Source: Sphingopyxis sp.
GTDB lineage: Bacteria; Pseudomonadota; Alphaproteobacteria; Sphingomonadales; Sphingomonadaceae
DNA length: 64,000 nt
NCBI RefSeq assembly: GCF_050725615.1
Contig: NZ_JBOHHU010000004.1
Location: forward strand, 17,096-81,095
Direction: 5' to 3'
In this document: positions 27,925-38,007 of the stretch, in pieces
Layout: each line of letters begins with the position of its first letter
Position numbering within the stretch: position 1 is the stretch's first letter
Notes under the pieces: model-generated
Told to the model about the DNA's origin: nothing
Seen by the model: the letters and a program-made list of their open reading frames with translations, nothing else
The model's database searches: none
Made by a program: the position numbers and the translations under genes

Positions 27925-28973
27925 CCGGTCCGGGCATCCTGATGTCGGCATCGGACGACCCGATGCGGCTCGAATCGGCCTATTTCCGCTATATGCGCGA
28001 AGCGGGCGCCGATGTGCGCGGCTGGACCACGGCGAGCCGGCCGACGATGGCGGCGCCGACCCTTGCCGCGCGGATCGCCCGCCGCCTGTTCCCCGGACGG
28101 CGGCAGGCCGAACTCGGCCGCGACCTGATCGCGCATGTCGAGGCGGAATCGCCCGAAGTGCTGTTCCTGTTCAAGGGCATGGATATCCGCCCCGCGACGC
28201 TGCGCGCGATCCGCGACTGCGGCGTTCGTCTGGTCAATTATAATGCCGACCATCCGCTCGAATATTTCAGCCGCGGCAGCGGCAACGCGAATGTCCGCGA
28301 CGCGATCCCGTTCTATGATCTCTACGTCACCTACAGCGACAATATCGCGCGCCAGCTCCGCACCGCCCATCCCGACCTCGCGGTGGGCGTCGTGCCGTTC
28401 GGCCATGAGGTCGACGAGGCGCGCTTTCAGCGCATTTCGGGCGAAGACGAGGTCGTGCGCGCCTGTTTCCTCGGCAACCCCGACGCCCAGCGCGTCGCCG
28501 CGATCCGCGCCCTTGCCGACGCGGGCATCGCGGTCGACGTCTATGGCTTCGACTGGCCGAAATTCCTCGCGCCCGGTCCGCTGGTGACCGTCCATGGCCC
28601 GCTGCACGGTGACGCGATGATGGCGGCGCTGCGCCGTTACCGCCTGCAACTCAACGTCTTTCGTCCGCACAACGCCGATTCGCACAATATGCGCAGCTTC
28701 GAGGTCCCGGCCTGCGGCGGCATCATGCTCGCCGAGGACAGCAGCGAGCACCGCCGCTTTTTCGAGGCCGGCAAGGAAGCCTTTTATTTTGGCGATCCCG
28801 CGACGATGGTCGAAGGTGCGCGCCACCTGATGGCGCTGAGTGCCGGCGAAGCCGAGGCGATCCGCACCGCCGCTCGCGCGCGCACCGTCGCGAGCGGTTA
28901 TCACTATGCCGACCGCGCGCGGACGATGTGGGACCTGATCACGGCGCTACCGGCGAAAAAGGATATTCGGTGA
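27921..28973 (+). CDS. Glycosyltransferase (CgeB/YkvP-like, Glyco_trans_1_2)
   Basis: HNMRSFEVPACGG, FFEAGKE; ATGA-coupled to the upstream gene. Confidence 0.8.
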   Translation: MTGPGILMSASDDPMRLESAYFRYMREAGADVRGWTTASRPTMAAPTLAARIARRLFPGRRQAELGRDLIAHVEAESPEVLFLFKGMDIRPATLRAIRDCGVRLVNYNADHPLEYFSRGSGNANVRDAIPFYDLYVTYSDNIARQLRTAHPDLAVGVVPFGHEVDEARFQRISGEDEVVRACFLGNPDAQRVAAIRALADAGIAVDVYGFDWPKFLAPGPLVTVHGPLHGDAMMAALRRYRLQLNVFRPHNADSHNMRSFEVPACGGIMLAEDSSEHRRFFEAGKEAFYFGDPATMVEGARHLMALSAGEAEAIRTAARARTVASGYHYADRARTMWDLITALPAKKDIR

Positions 28974-30064
28974 ACATCGCCTTCCTCACCCCCGGCGCCT
29001 TCGGGCTCAAGAACGGCAATGGCGGTATCGGCCTCTATAATCGCGATATCGTCGATGGACTCGTCGAGGCATTGCCCGATGCTGAAGTGACGCTGCTCCA
29101 GCGGTTGCTTGATCCCGCGCCGCACAACCTGCCGCCGCGCACGCGCGTGGTCGCGAGTGCGGCGGGCGGCAAGGCGCGGTTCGCTCTCGCCATCGTGCGC
29201 GAGATGCTGGTGTCGCGCTACGACATCGTCATCTGCGCCCATATCAATTTCCTGAGCTTCGCGCGGCTCCTCGCGCGGCGGAACAACTGCCCGCTGGTGC
29301 TGATCGTCTATGGCATCGACGTCTGGGACCCGCTGCCCGGGCATATCCCGAACCTCAAAACCTGTGACGCAATCTGGTCGATCAGTCAGATCACCACCGA
29401 CCGGATGAACGCCTGGGCGGGCCTGCCCGGGTCGGCCTATGTCCAGCTTCCCAATGCGATCCGGCTCGAACGCTATGCCATGGGGCCGAAGCCCGCCGAT
29501 CTGGTCGAGAAATGGGGCCTGACGGGCAAGCGCGTCATTATGACTCTCGCCCGCCTGCCCGGCCGCGACCGGCACAAGGGGGTCGACGAGATGCTGGAGA
29601 TCCTGCCCGGCCTGCTCGCCAAACACCCCGACCTGCATTATGTCGTCGCCGGCGACGGCCCCGACCGCGCCCGGCTCGAGGCCAAGGCGCGTGAACTCGG
29701 TGTCGAGGACAACAGCACATTCATGGGATTCGTCCCCGAAGATCGCAAAGCCGACATCTTCCGCCTCGGCGACGTCTTTGCCCTCCCCGGTCGCGGCGAA
29801 GGCTTCGGCTTCGTGTTTCTCGAGGCGGCGGCGTGCGGCATTCCCTGCGTCGGCAGCAAGGTCGACGGCAGCCGCGAGGCGCTGCGCGACGGGATGCTCG
29901 GCGACCTGATCGATCCCGACCATCTCGATGAAATCGCCGATGCGGTTTCGCGTGCGCTTGCAAAGCCCAAGGAAATACCGGAAGGACTGGACTACTTCAG
30001 CTGGCCGCATTTCGTCGCGCGCCTGAAAGCCGCGGTCGAGGCCGCGATGGCAAGGCCAAGGTAG
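28970..30064 (+). CDS. Glycosyltransferase family 4
   Basis: RHKGVD, EGFGFVFLEAAACG; GTG start at 28970 overlaps the upstream TGA. Confidence 0.88.
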   Translation: MNIAFLTPGAFGLKNGNGGIGLYNRDIVDGLVEALPDAEVTLLQRLLDPAPHNLPPRTRVVASAAGGKARFALAIVREMLVSRYDIVICAHINFLSFARLLARRNNCPLVLIVYGIDVWDPLPGHIPNLKTCDAIWSISQITTDRMNAWAGLPGSAYVQLPNAIRLERYAMGPKPADLVEKWGLTGKRVIMTLARLPGRDRHKGVDEMLEILPGLLAKHPDLHYVVAGDGPDRARLEAKARELGVEDNSTFMGFVPEDRKADIFRLGDVFALPGRGEGFGFVFLEAAACGIPCVGSKVDGSREALRDGMLGDLIDPDHLDEIADAVSRALAKPKEIPEGLDYFSWPHFVARLKAAVEAAMARPR

Positions 30065-30068
30065 AAGC

Positions 30069-31067
30069 GTGAGCAAATCAGCCCTTATCTGCGGAATCAG
30101 CGGCCAGGACGGCAGTTTGCTGGCCCGGCACCTGCTGTCGCTCGGCTATCGGGTCGCGGGCACGTCGCGCGATGGCGACATGATGCGCGCGACCAACCTC
30201 GACCGGCTGGGCATCCGCGACCGGGTCAGCATCCATTCGATGGCGACCGCCGATTTCCGTTCGATCATCCAGACGCTCGACCGTCTCGACATCGACGAAA
30301 TCTATAATCTGTCGGGCCAGAGTTCGGTCGGCCTGTCGTTCGACCAGCCGGTCGAAACGATGGACAGCATCGCCGGCGCGACGCTGACGCTGCTCGAAGC
30401 GATCCGCTTTCTCGGCAAGCCGGTGCGGTTCTACAATGCCGGGTCAAGCGAATGTTTCGGAGATATCGGCGACGCACCGGCGAATGAAGATACGCCGTTC
30501 AAGCCGCGCAGCCCCTATGCAGTGGCCAAGGCGACCGCGCACTGGACGGTGGCCAATTATCGCGAAGCCTATGGCCTGTTCGCCTGTACCGGCATCTTGT
30601 TCAACCATGAATCGCCGCTGCGTCCGGCGCGCTTCGTCACCCAGAAGATCGCGCGCGCCGCTTATGCCATCGCGCAGGGTGATCAGCGGCGGCTGGCGCT
30701 GGGCAACCTCGACATCTGGCGCGACTGGGGCTGGGCGAGCGAATATGTCGAGGCGATGCACCTGATGATGCAGCAGGACGAGCCCGGCGACTATATCGTA
30801 TCGACCGGCGTATCGATTTCGCTGCGCGACTTCGTCGCCGCCGCCTTTGCGGCTGTCGATCTCGACTGGCAGGATCATGTCGACGTCGACGAGAGCCTGT
30901 TTCGTCCGACCGACCTGCGCTTCAGCGGCGCCGTCGCCGGCAAGGCGCGTGACCGGCTGGGCTGGCAGGCAAAGGTGTGCGGCGCAGAGGTTGCCGGTCG
31001 GTTGGTCGCAGCCTGCGGCGATAATGGCAGCGCCGCGCTCGACGCCGCGCGCGTCGCAGGGCAATAG
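30069..31067 (+). CDS. Second GDP-mannose 4,6-dehydratase-like protein
   Basis: [30 protein letters not shown]. Confidence 0.88.
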   Translation: MSKSALICGISGQDGSLLARHLLSLGYRVAGTSRDGDMMRATNLDRLGIRDRVSIHSMATADFRSIIQTLDRLDIDEIYNLSGQSSVGLSFDQPVETMDSIAGATLTLLEAIRFLGKPVRFYNAGSSECFGDIGDAPANEDTPFKPRSPYAVAKATAHWTVANYREAYGLFACTGILFNHESPLRPARFVTQKIARAAYAIAQGDQRRLALGNLDIWRDWGWASEYVEAMHLMMQQDEPGDYIVSTGVSISLRDFVAAAFAAVDLDWQDHVDVDESLFRPTDLRFSGAVAGKARDRLGWQAKVCGAEVAGRLVAACGDNGSAALDAARVAGQ

Positions 31068-31075
31068 GGTCGGCG

Positions 31076-32479
31076 ATGCTGTTCGAAACCGCCGAATCGA
31101 CGATCTTGTTCTGGCTCATAGTCGGCGCCGCGACGATGTTCGGCGTGCTGGTGCACACGATCCGCTCGCCAAAAGGTACGCTGGGTTTCCCGATGGCGAT
31201 GATGTTCGCGCTGGCGATCATGCATGTCGCCGCCGGCGTGCATCTCGTTCCCGGCTTTTTCCACCAATATGACCCGTTTTTGAACTCGATCGGCTACACG
31301 CGCGATTCGGTTGCCAAGGGGCTGCAGGTCTCGACGATCGGCTTCGTGATGATGGCCGCCGGCATCTGGCTGATGTCCTATATGGGGGCCAGCTACCGCA
31401 TCGATTTCGACCGCAGCCGCATCCCGGCGACCTTCCTTCGCCTGTCGCAGCAGATCATGCTGTGGATCGGTCTCACCTTCTTTTTCGGCATCACCTTCTT
31501 TCCGGCGGTGGCGGAAATCCCGACGATCGGCGCGGTCATCGTCAGCGGCAAGAATCTGCTTGTCGTCGCGCTGTGCCTCGCGGTGCTGCGACGCACCTGG
31601 CTGAACGAAGGTCTGCGGATGTGGCAGATCGCCGCGATCACGATCGCCATTCCGATCGCCAATCTGCTCGGCAATGCGATCCTCGCCGACGCGGTTGCGG
31701 CGGTCATCATCATCGGCTGTTTCTGGCTGACGATCGCCGGACGGCGCTTTGGTATCGGCCGCATCATGGTCGCCATCGTCCTCGCGGGCTATGTCTTCCT
31801 CTATCTCTCGACCAATTATCTCCTCGTTCGGGGACAGTTCCGCGAGGTGGTGTGGGAGCCGTCGTCGACGCTCTCCGAACGGGTCGACGGGCTGGTCAAC
31901 GCGATTGGTCAGTTCGGCCCCTTGTCGAGCAGTGACGAGAAACAGCTCTATGTTCTCGACTCGCGCCTCGACCAGTCGCTGTTCACCGGCATGGCGGTGG
32001 AGAAGCTCGATGCGCAGCCCGACACCTATGAAAATGGCGCGACGCTGCTGGCCGGCTTTTTTGCTTTCGTCCCGCGGGCGATCTGGACGACCAAACCGGT
32101 GCGCGGCGGTTCGGCGTTCCTGTCCCAACATACGGGGTATCAGGCTAGCGGTGAGACGACATACGGCATCGGCCCCTTCTTCGAAGGCTATGTGAACTTC
32201 GGCATTTTCGGGGTGATCTTCTATTCGTTCCTGCTCGGACTGTTTGTCCGTTATCTCGACATGCGTGCCTTCCGCGCGCTGGCCGAGGGGCGAATGGCTG
32301 AGGCGATTCCGTTGACCTCCGGCCTCGTCGCGCTGATCCAGCCGCTCGCCAATGCGTCCAGCCTTTTCTCGACCTTCTACGCCTCGCTGGTCGTCGGCTT
32401 CATCATCGTCAAATTCATGGAACGCTATCTGGATATCCGGGTGTTTGCCGAGGAACAGCGCCGATTGCGGAAGGCATGA
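31076..32479 (+). CDS. Putative Wzy polysaccharide polymerase
   Basis: About 10-12 TMs, large late periplasmic loop, PRAIWTTKP and EGYVNFG motifs. Confidence 0.7.
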   Translation: MLFETAESTILFWLIVGAATMFGVLVHTIRSPKGTLGFPMAMMFALAIMHVAAGVHLVPGFFHQYDPFLNSIGYTRDSVAKGLQVSTIGFVMMAAGIWLMSYMGASYRIDFDRSRIPATFLRLSQQIMLWIGLTFFFGITFFPAVAEIPTIGAVIVSGKNLLVVALCLAVLRRTWLNEGLRMWQIAAITIAIPIANLLGNAILADAVAAVIIIGCFWLTIAGRRFGIGRIMVAIVLAGYVFLYLSTNYLLVRGQFREVVWEPSSTLSERVDGLVNAIGQFGPLSSSDEKQLYVLDSRLDQSLFTGMAVEKLDAQPDTYENGATLLAGFFAFVPRAIWTTKPVRGGSAFLSQHTGYQASGETTYGIGPFFEGYVNFGIFGVIFYSFLLGLFVRYLDMRAFRALAEGRMAEAIPLTSGLVALIQPLANASSLFSTFYASLVVGFIIVKFMERYLDIRVFAEEQRRLRKA

Positions 32480-33570
32480 CGCGGCTCCTGCTGACCAACC
32501 CCAGTTTCCAGCTCGAACATGGCGGCCCGGCTTATTCGGTCGGGCGTCTCGCCGGGGCGCTGGGTGCGCTTGGGCATGACGTCACCGTCTGGGCCGCCGA
32601 CGGCAGCGCCGAACGGGTGCGCACGATGGACCCGAGCGGACAGGTGAAGGTCGCGGTCGGCGCCATCGCCGATGTCCTTCGCGCGCAAAGCTGGGACATC
32701 GTCCATGACAACGGCCTGTGGCTGCCCTATGGCGCGCAGATCGCCCGCCATTGCCGCGCCCGCGATATCCCGCGCCTGATCAGCGTCAGGGGCATGATGC
32801 AACCCTGGGCATGGCAGCATCGCCGCTGGAAAAAGCGGCTCGCCTGGGCGCTCTACCAGAAACGCGGGGTCGAAAGTGCGGCGCGGCTGCACGCGACCGC
32901 CGCTGACGAAGTCGCCCGCATCCGCGACCGCTATCCCGACCGCCAGCCGCTGCTGATCGCCAATGGCATCGATATTCCCGACCAGGTGGCGCGGACACCC
33001 CGCCCCGACGGTGCGGTGCGGACCGCGCTGTTTCTGGGACGGCTGCACCCGGTCAAGGGGTTGACGATGCTGGTCGACGCCTGGGCGCAGATACGCCCGG
33101 CGGGCTGGCGGCTGCAATTGGTGGGTCCTGACGAAGAGGGGTTCCGCGCCCAGTTGGAAGCGCAGATCGCCGGCGCGGGACTTTCGGAGAGCATTGCGAT
33201 CGCCGGCGCGGTCAGCGGCGACGCCAAGCGCGCTTATTATGACGCGGCATCGCTATTCCTGCTGCCCAGCTTCACCGAGAATTTCGGTATTTCGGCGGCC
33301 GAGGCGCTCGCGCACGGCGTCCCGGTCATCACGACCACCGGCACGCCCTGGCAAGTGCTTGAGACCGAAGGCTGCGGCTGGTGGGTCGCGCCCGAGACGG
33401 CGGCGATCGCGGCGGCGCTGGCCGACGCGACGGGGCGGCCCGACAGCCTGTTGGTGACCATGGGTGCGACAGGCCGGGCATGGGTTGCCGATCAACTGCA
33501 TTGGCCCGCCATTGCCAAGCAGTTTGCCGATGCCTATGCCGACGCCATTGCCAGTCCGGCGCCGGCTTAA
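32476..33570 (+). CDS. Glycosyltransferase family 4
   Basis: GRLHPVKG, ENFGISAAEALAHG. Confidence 0.9.
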   Translation: MTRLLLTNPSFQLEHGGPAYSVGRLAGALGALGHDVTVWAADGSAERVRTMDPSGQVKVAVGAIADVLRAQSWDIVHDNGLWLPYGAQIARHCRARDIPRLISVRGMMQPWAWQHRRWKKRLAWALYQKRGVESAARLHATAADEVARIRDRYPDRQPLLIANGIDIPDQVARTPRPDGAVRTALFLGRLHPVKGLTMLVDAWAQIRPAGWRLQLVGPDEEGFRAQLEAQIAGAGLSESIAIAGAVSGDAKRAYYDAASLFLLPSFTENFGISAAEALAHGVPVITTTGTPWQVLETEGCGWWVAPETAAIAAALADATGRPDSLLVTMGATGRAWVADQLHWPAIAKQFADAYADAIASPAPA

Positions 33571-33584
33571 TCAGGGAATATTCG

Positions 33585-34358
33585 GTGGTTGTACCGAGTG
33601 CGCGTTTTTCGATCGTCACTGTCTGCTTCAACCCCGGCGAAATCATCGACGCATGCCTGCGCTCGGTTGCCGACCAGGGCTATCCGCATATCGAACATAT
33701 CGTCATCGACGGCGCCTCGCCCGACGGGACGGCCGACCGGATCGCGGCGCTCGACTGGTTCAAGGGCAAGCTCGTGTCGGAGCCCGACAAGGGTATTTAC
33801 GATGCGATGAACAAGGGCGCGGCGCTCGCGACCGGCGACTATCTCGGTTTCCTGAACGCCGATGACTGGCTGGCCGACCCCGACGCGATCGTCCGGCTCG
33901 CCGAAGCGGCCGCCAGGCATCCCGGCGCCGACGCGGTGCAGGGCGACGTCGTCATCGTCGATCCCGCCAGGCCGGGACGGCAACGCTATTATTCGGGCGG
34001 CGGCAATTGGCGCCGGCGCCTCCGCTGGGGACAGATGCCGCCGCATCCGGGATTCTATATGCGCACCGCGCTGTTCCGCGAGATGGGCGGCTTTGCGACC
34101 GATTACCGGATCGCCGCCGATTATGACCTGATGCTGCGCTTCTTTTGCACCGCAGCGCGCACATCGGTGCCTGTCCCTGCCCCTGTCGTCACCATGGCGA
34201 CCGGCGGGGTGTCGAACCAGGGACTGCAGAGCCGCAAGATCATCAACCGCGAGATCGGCGTCGCTTGCAAGCGCAACGGGGTGAAGACCAATTCGCTGAT
34301 GATCTGGTCGAAATATCTGACCAAGATCTTCCAATATCTGCCGCGCCGCGCCGCGTGA
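33585..34358 (+). CDS. Glycosyltransferase family 2 (WcaE-like)
   Basis: SIVTVCFN, IDGASPDG, DKGIYDAMNKG, LNADD; GTG start inferred at 33585. Confidence 0.88.
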   Translation: MVVPSARFSIVTVCFNPGEIIDACLRSVADQGYPHIEHIVIDGASPDGTADRIAALDWFKGKLVSEPDKGIYDAMNKGAALATGDYLGFLNADDWLADPDAIVRLAEAAARHPGADAVQGDVVIVDPARPGRQRYYSGGGNWRRRLRWGQMPPHPGFYMRTALFREMGGFATDYRIAADYDLMLRFFCTAARTSVPVPAPVVTMATGGVSNQGLQSRKIINREIGVACKRNGVKTNSLMIWSKYLTKIFQYLPRRAA

Positions 34359-35320
34359 TGGGGGAAGCGCCGACCCCCTACGCCATGACCCTGGTGACCG
34401 GCGCCAACGGCTTTGTCGGGGGCGAGATCGTGCGGCAGTTGCGCGATCGGGGTGTGCCGGTGCGCCTGGCGGTGCGTCGCGCGGCGGGTGCGGACGAGGT
34501 CGGCGTCGGCGATATCGGCCCCGACACCGATTGGAGCGCGGCCCTTGTCGGTGTCGGACGGGTGATCCATTGCGCCGCCCGTGTCCATCAGATGGACGAC
34601 CGGGCCGCCGACCCGCTCGAGGCGTTTCGCGGCGTCAATCGCGACGGCACCGCAGCACTGGCAAGGCAGGCTGCGGCGGCGGGCGCGAAGCGGCTGGTCT
34701 TCCTGAGCTCGATCAAGGTCCATGGCGAAACGACGAAGGATCGCGGCCCCTTTACCGCCGATGATGTGCCCGATCCGCAAGACCCCTATGGCCAGTCGAA
34801 ATGGGAGGCCGAGCAGGCGCTTCGCGTCATCGCCGCCGAAACCGGCATCGAGATCGTCGTCATCCGCCCGCCGCTCGTCTACGGTCCGGGCGTTCGCGCG
34901 AATTTCGCCCGCATGATGTCATGGGTGGCGCGCGGGCGTCCCCTGCCCCTTGGCCTGTGTCGCAACCAGCGTAGCCTGGTGTCGGTGACCAACCTTGCTT
35001 CGCTCGCGATCGCGGCCAGCAGGCACCCTGCGGCGGCGGGGGCAACCCTGCTCGCGAGCGATGGCGAGACGGTAAGCGTTCGTGACCTGCTCGCGCGGAT
35101 CGGCACCGCATTGGGCCGTCCCGCCCGGCTGTTTCCTGTGCCGCCCGCGCTGCTCCGGCTCGCGGGAAGCCTCACCGGCCAGCGGGCCGCGATTGATCGT
35201 CTGTGCGATCCGCTCGTCATCGACGGCGCGCCGACCCGGCAATTGCTGGGCTGGAACCCGCCGCTGACGATGGCCGAGGCGCTGGCACAAATGGCTCCGG
35301 CGCCGGAGCCCGCCGCATGA
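34358..35320 (+). CDS. NAD-dependent epimerase/reductase (WbpK/WbpV-like)
   Basis: TGANGFVG, HCAARVH, SSIKVHGE, YGQSKWEAE, PPLVYGPG; next to a WbpL-like gene. Confidence 0.82.
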   Translation: MGEAPTPYAMTLVTGANGFVGGEIVRQLRDRGVPVRLAVRRAAGADEVGVGDIGPDTDWSAALVGVGRVIHCAARVHQMDDRAADPLEAFRGVNRDGTAALARQAAAAGAKRLVFLSSIKVHGETTKDRGPFTADDVPDPQDPYGQSKWEAEQALRVIAAETGIEIVVIRPPLVYGPGVRANFARMMSWVARGRPLPLGLCRNQRSLVSVTNLASLAIAASRHPAAAGATLLASDGETVSVRDLLARIGTALGRPARLFPVPPALLRLAGSLTGQRAAIDRLCDPLVIDGAPTRQLLGWNPPLTMAEALAQMAPAPEPAA

Positions 35321-36303
35321 CCGGCGTCGCATTCGCACTCGCGGGCATCTGTTTGATCGCGACGTTGATGCTGCTCAGCCTTTATGTCGGCTGGGCGAAA
35401 CAGCGAATGGTCGACACGCCGAACGAACGCAGCGCGCATGTCGTCGCCACGCCGACCGGCGGCGGTATCATTTTCCTGTCGGTGTGGGTGGTGATGATCG
35501 CCGCAGCGGCGCTTGTCATACCCTATCAGGCCACCGCGGCCCTGGCGCTGGGGCCGGCGGCGGCGGCGCTGATGTGGCTTGGCTGGCTCGACGACCGCAC
35601 GCCGCTGCCGACATCGCTGCGGTTCGCGGTCCAGTTTGGCTGCGCGGGGCTGTTCCTGTTGCTCTGGCCCTGGCCCGAACTGCCACCGGGCTGGTTTGCG
35701 CCGCTGTTCGTCGTGGCGCTGCTCTATCTGGTCTATTCGGCCAATATCACCAATTTCATGGACGGCATCGACGGCATCGTGGCGCTCCAGATGCTGGCTT
35801 TCGTCGCCGGCGCGTTGCTGATCCTGCCGCCCACGATCCTGAGCCTGTCGATCCTGCTGCTGGGCGCTGCGCTACTGGCCTTCTTCCTGTTCAACCGCCC
35901 GCCCGCCAAGCTGTTCATGGGCGACAGCGGCAGTGCGCCGCTCGGGCTTTTGGCCGCCGCGATCACGCTTGCGGTCGCGGCGTCGAACTGGCGCTTCGGG
36001 CTTGCGCTGCTGCTCTTGCAGGGCGTGTTCCTCTGCGACAGCGCCGTGACGCTGCTCCGCCGCGCGCTGCGCCGCCAGAATGTCACGCAGGCGCATAGCG
36101 AACATGCCTATCAGCACGCCAAACGGCGCTGGGGCCACGCGCGCGTCAGCTATGCGCTGTTCGCGGTGACCTTGCTGGTCCAGATCCCCGTCGCTTATGC
36201 CGTGGCGTGGCTCCACCTGCCCTTTTGGGTGTCGGCGATCGACTTCGCGTTGCTCGCGATCGTCGCCCTCCTCTTCCGCGCCGGGACGCCCCGCACCGAT
36301 TGA
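35317..36303 (+). CDS. Undecaprenyl-phosphate HexNAc-1-P transferase (MraY/WecA/WbpL family)
   Basis: RSAH..TPTGGG, GWLDD, NFMDGIDG, FMGDSGS, AHSEHAYQ. Confidence 0.9.
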   Translation: MTGVAFALAGICLIATLMLLSLYVGWAKQRMVDTPNERSAHVVATPTGGGIIFLSVWVVMIAAAALVIPYQATAALALGPAAAALMWLGWLDDRTPLPTSLRFAVQFGCAGLFLLLWPWPELPPGWFAPLFVVALLYLVYSANITNFMDGIDGIVALQMLAFVAGALLILPPTILSLSILLLGAALLAFFLFNRPPAKLFMGDSGSAPLGLLAAAITLAVAASNWRFGLALLLLQGVFLCDSAVTLLRRALRRQNVTQAHSEHAYQHAKRRWGHARVSYALFAVTLLVQIPVAYAVAWLHLPFWVSAIDFALLAIVALLFRAGTPRTD

Positions 36304-36382
36304 TCTTTGCCCGAAGCTTGTCCATAGACCTCCCGCCATCGGCCCGCGCCGCTGGGTGACCGAACAGGAAATTATAGACTCT

Positions 36383-37444
36383 ATGAGCGTTGTAATTCAG
36401 CCGATTGCGGGCCGCCGCCAACGCTATGCGCTGGTCGGGTGCGGGCGGATTTCGGCCAATCATTTCGCCGCGCTCGAAGCGCATGGCAACAGCGTCGAAA
36501 TCGTCGACGTTTGCGACATCGATCCCGCCGCGCTGGCGAAGGCTACGGAGCGTACAGGCGCGCGCGGCCATGCCTCGCTGACCGAGATGCTCAAGACGAC
36601 CGACGCCGACGCCGTGATCGTCACGACGCCGAGCGGGCTGCACCCGGCGCAGGTGATCGAGATCGCCGAATCCGGACGCCACGTCATTTCCGAAAAGCCG
36701 ATGGCGACGCGCTGGCGCGATGGCCTGCGCATGGTGGAGGCCTGCGACAAGGCAGGCGTCCAGCTGTTCATCGTCAAGCAGAACCGCCGCAACGCGACGC
36801 TGCAACTGCTCAAACGCGCCGTCGAGAGCGGCCGTTTCGGGCGCATCTATATGGTCGCGGTCAATGTGTTCTGGACGCGGCCGCAGGATTATTACGACAG
36901 CGCCGCCTGGCGCGGCACCTGGGAGTTCGACGGCGGCGCGCTGATGAACCAGGCCAGCCATTATGTCGACCTGCTCGACTGGCTGGGCGGCCCGATCGAA
37001 AGCCTGCACGCCTATACCGCGACGCTGGCGCGCAATATCGAGGTCGAGGATACGGCGGTGATCAATGTCCGCTGGCGTTCGGGCGCTCTCGGCTCGATGA
37101 ACGTCACGATGCTGACCTACCCCAAGAATCTCGAAGGTTCGATCACGATCCTCGGTGAAAAGGGCAGCGTGAAGGTCGGCGGCGTCGCCTTGAACAAGAT
37201 CGAGAATTGGGACTTCGACACCCCGCATGCCGATGACGACCAGGTTGCTTCGGCTTCCTACGACACCGGCTCGGTCTATGGCTTCGGCCACCAGCTCTAT
37301 TATGACAATGTCATCGGAACGCTGGCGGGCGACTGCGACGCCGCAACCGACGGCCGCGAAGGGCTGCGCAGCCTTGAAGTGTTGATCGCCTCCTACCTCT
37401 CGGCGCGCGACGGCAAGCGCGTGTCGCTGCCGCTGGACTATTGA
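36383..37444 (+). CDS. wbpB: Gfo/Idh/MocA 3-oxidase (WbpB/WlbA)
   Basis: [35 protein letters not shown]. Confidence 0.88.
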   Translation: MSVVIQPIAGRRQRYALVGCGRISANHFAALEAHGNSVEIVDVCDIDPAALAKATERTGARGHASLTEMLKTTDADAVIVTTPSGLHPAQVIEIAESGRHVISEKPMATRWRDGLRMVEACDKAGVQLFIVKQNRRNATLQLLKRAVESGRFGRIYMVAVNVFWTRPQDYYDSAAWRGTWEFDGGALMNQASHYVDLLDWLGGPIESLHAYTATLARNIEVEDTAVINVRWRSGALGSMNVTMLTYPKNLEGSITILGEKGSVKVGGVALNKIENWDFDTPHADDDQVASASYDTGSVYGFGHQLYYDNVIGTLAGDCDAATDGREGLRSLEVLIASYLSARDGKRVSLPLDY

Positions 37445-38007
37445 TGGCGGCGAAGGTTCACGACACCGCCATCGTCGATGCCGGCGCCGAAATCGGCGAC
37501 GGCACCGCGATCTGGCACTGGGTGCATGTGTGCGGCACCGCGCGGATCGGCAGCGGCTGTTCGCTCGGCCAGAATGTCTATGTCGGCAACGACGTCACCA
37601 TCGGCAACAATGTCCGCATCCAGAACGGCGTCTCGGTCTATGACGCGGTGACGCTGGAGGACGATGTTTTCTGCGGCCCCGCGATGGTCTTCACCAATGT
37701 CTATAATCCGCGCTCGGCGGTGCCGCGCAAGGACGAGTATCGCGAGACGATCGTGCGCAAGGGCGCGACGCTCGGCGCGAACTGCACCATCGTGTGCGGG
37801 GTGACGATCGGCGCCTATGGCTTCGTCGGCGCAGGATCGGTGATCAACCGCGATGTGAAGCCCTATGCGCTGATGGTCGGTGTCCCCGCGCGGCAGATCG
37901 GCTGGATGTGCGAATGCGGCGTGCGGCTCGAAGGCGCGGGCGATGTGACCTGCGGCGCGTGCAGCCGCGACTATCAGATAACAGACGAGGAATGTTCTCC
38001 CCGATGA
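37444..38007 (+). CDS. wbpD: Hexapeptide N-acetyltransferase (WbpD/WlbB)
   Basis: [31 protein letters not shown]. Confidence 0.9.
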   Translation: MAAKVHDTAIVDAGAEIGDGTAIWHWVHVCGTARIGSGCSLGQNVYVGNDVTIGNNVRIQNGVSVYDAVTLEDDVFCGPAMVFTNVYNPRSAVPRKDEYRETIVRKGATLGANCTIVCGVTIGAYGFVGAGSVINRDVKPYALMVGVPARQIGWMCECGVRLEGAGDVTCGACSRDYQITDEECSPR

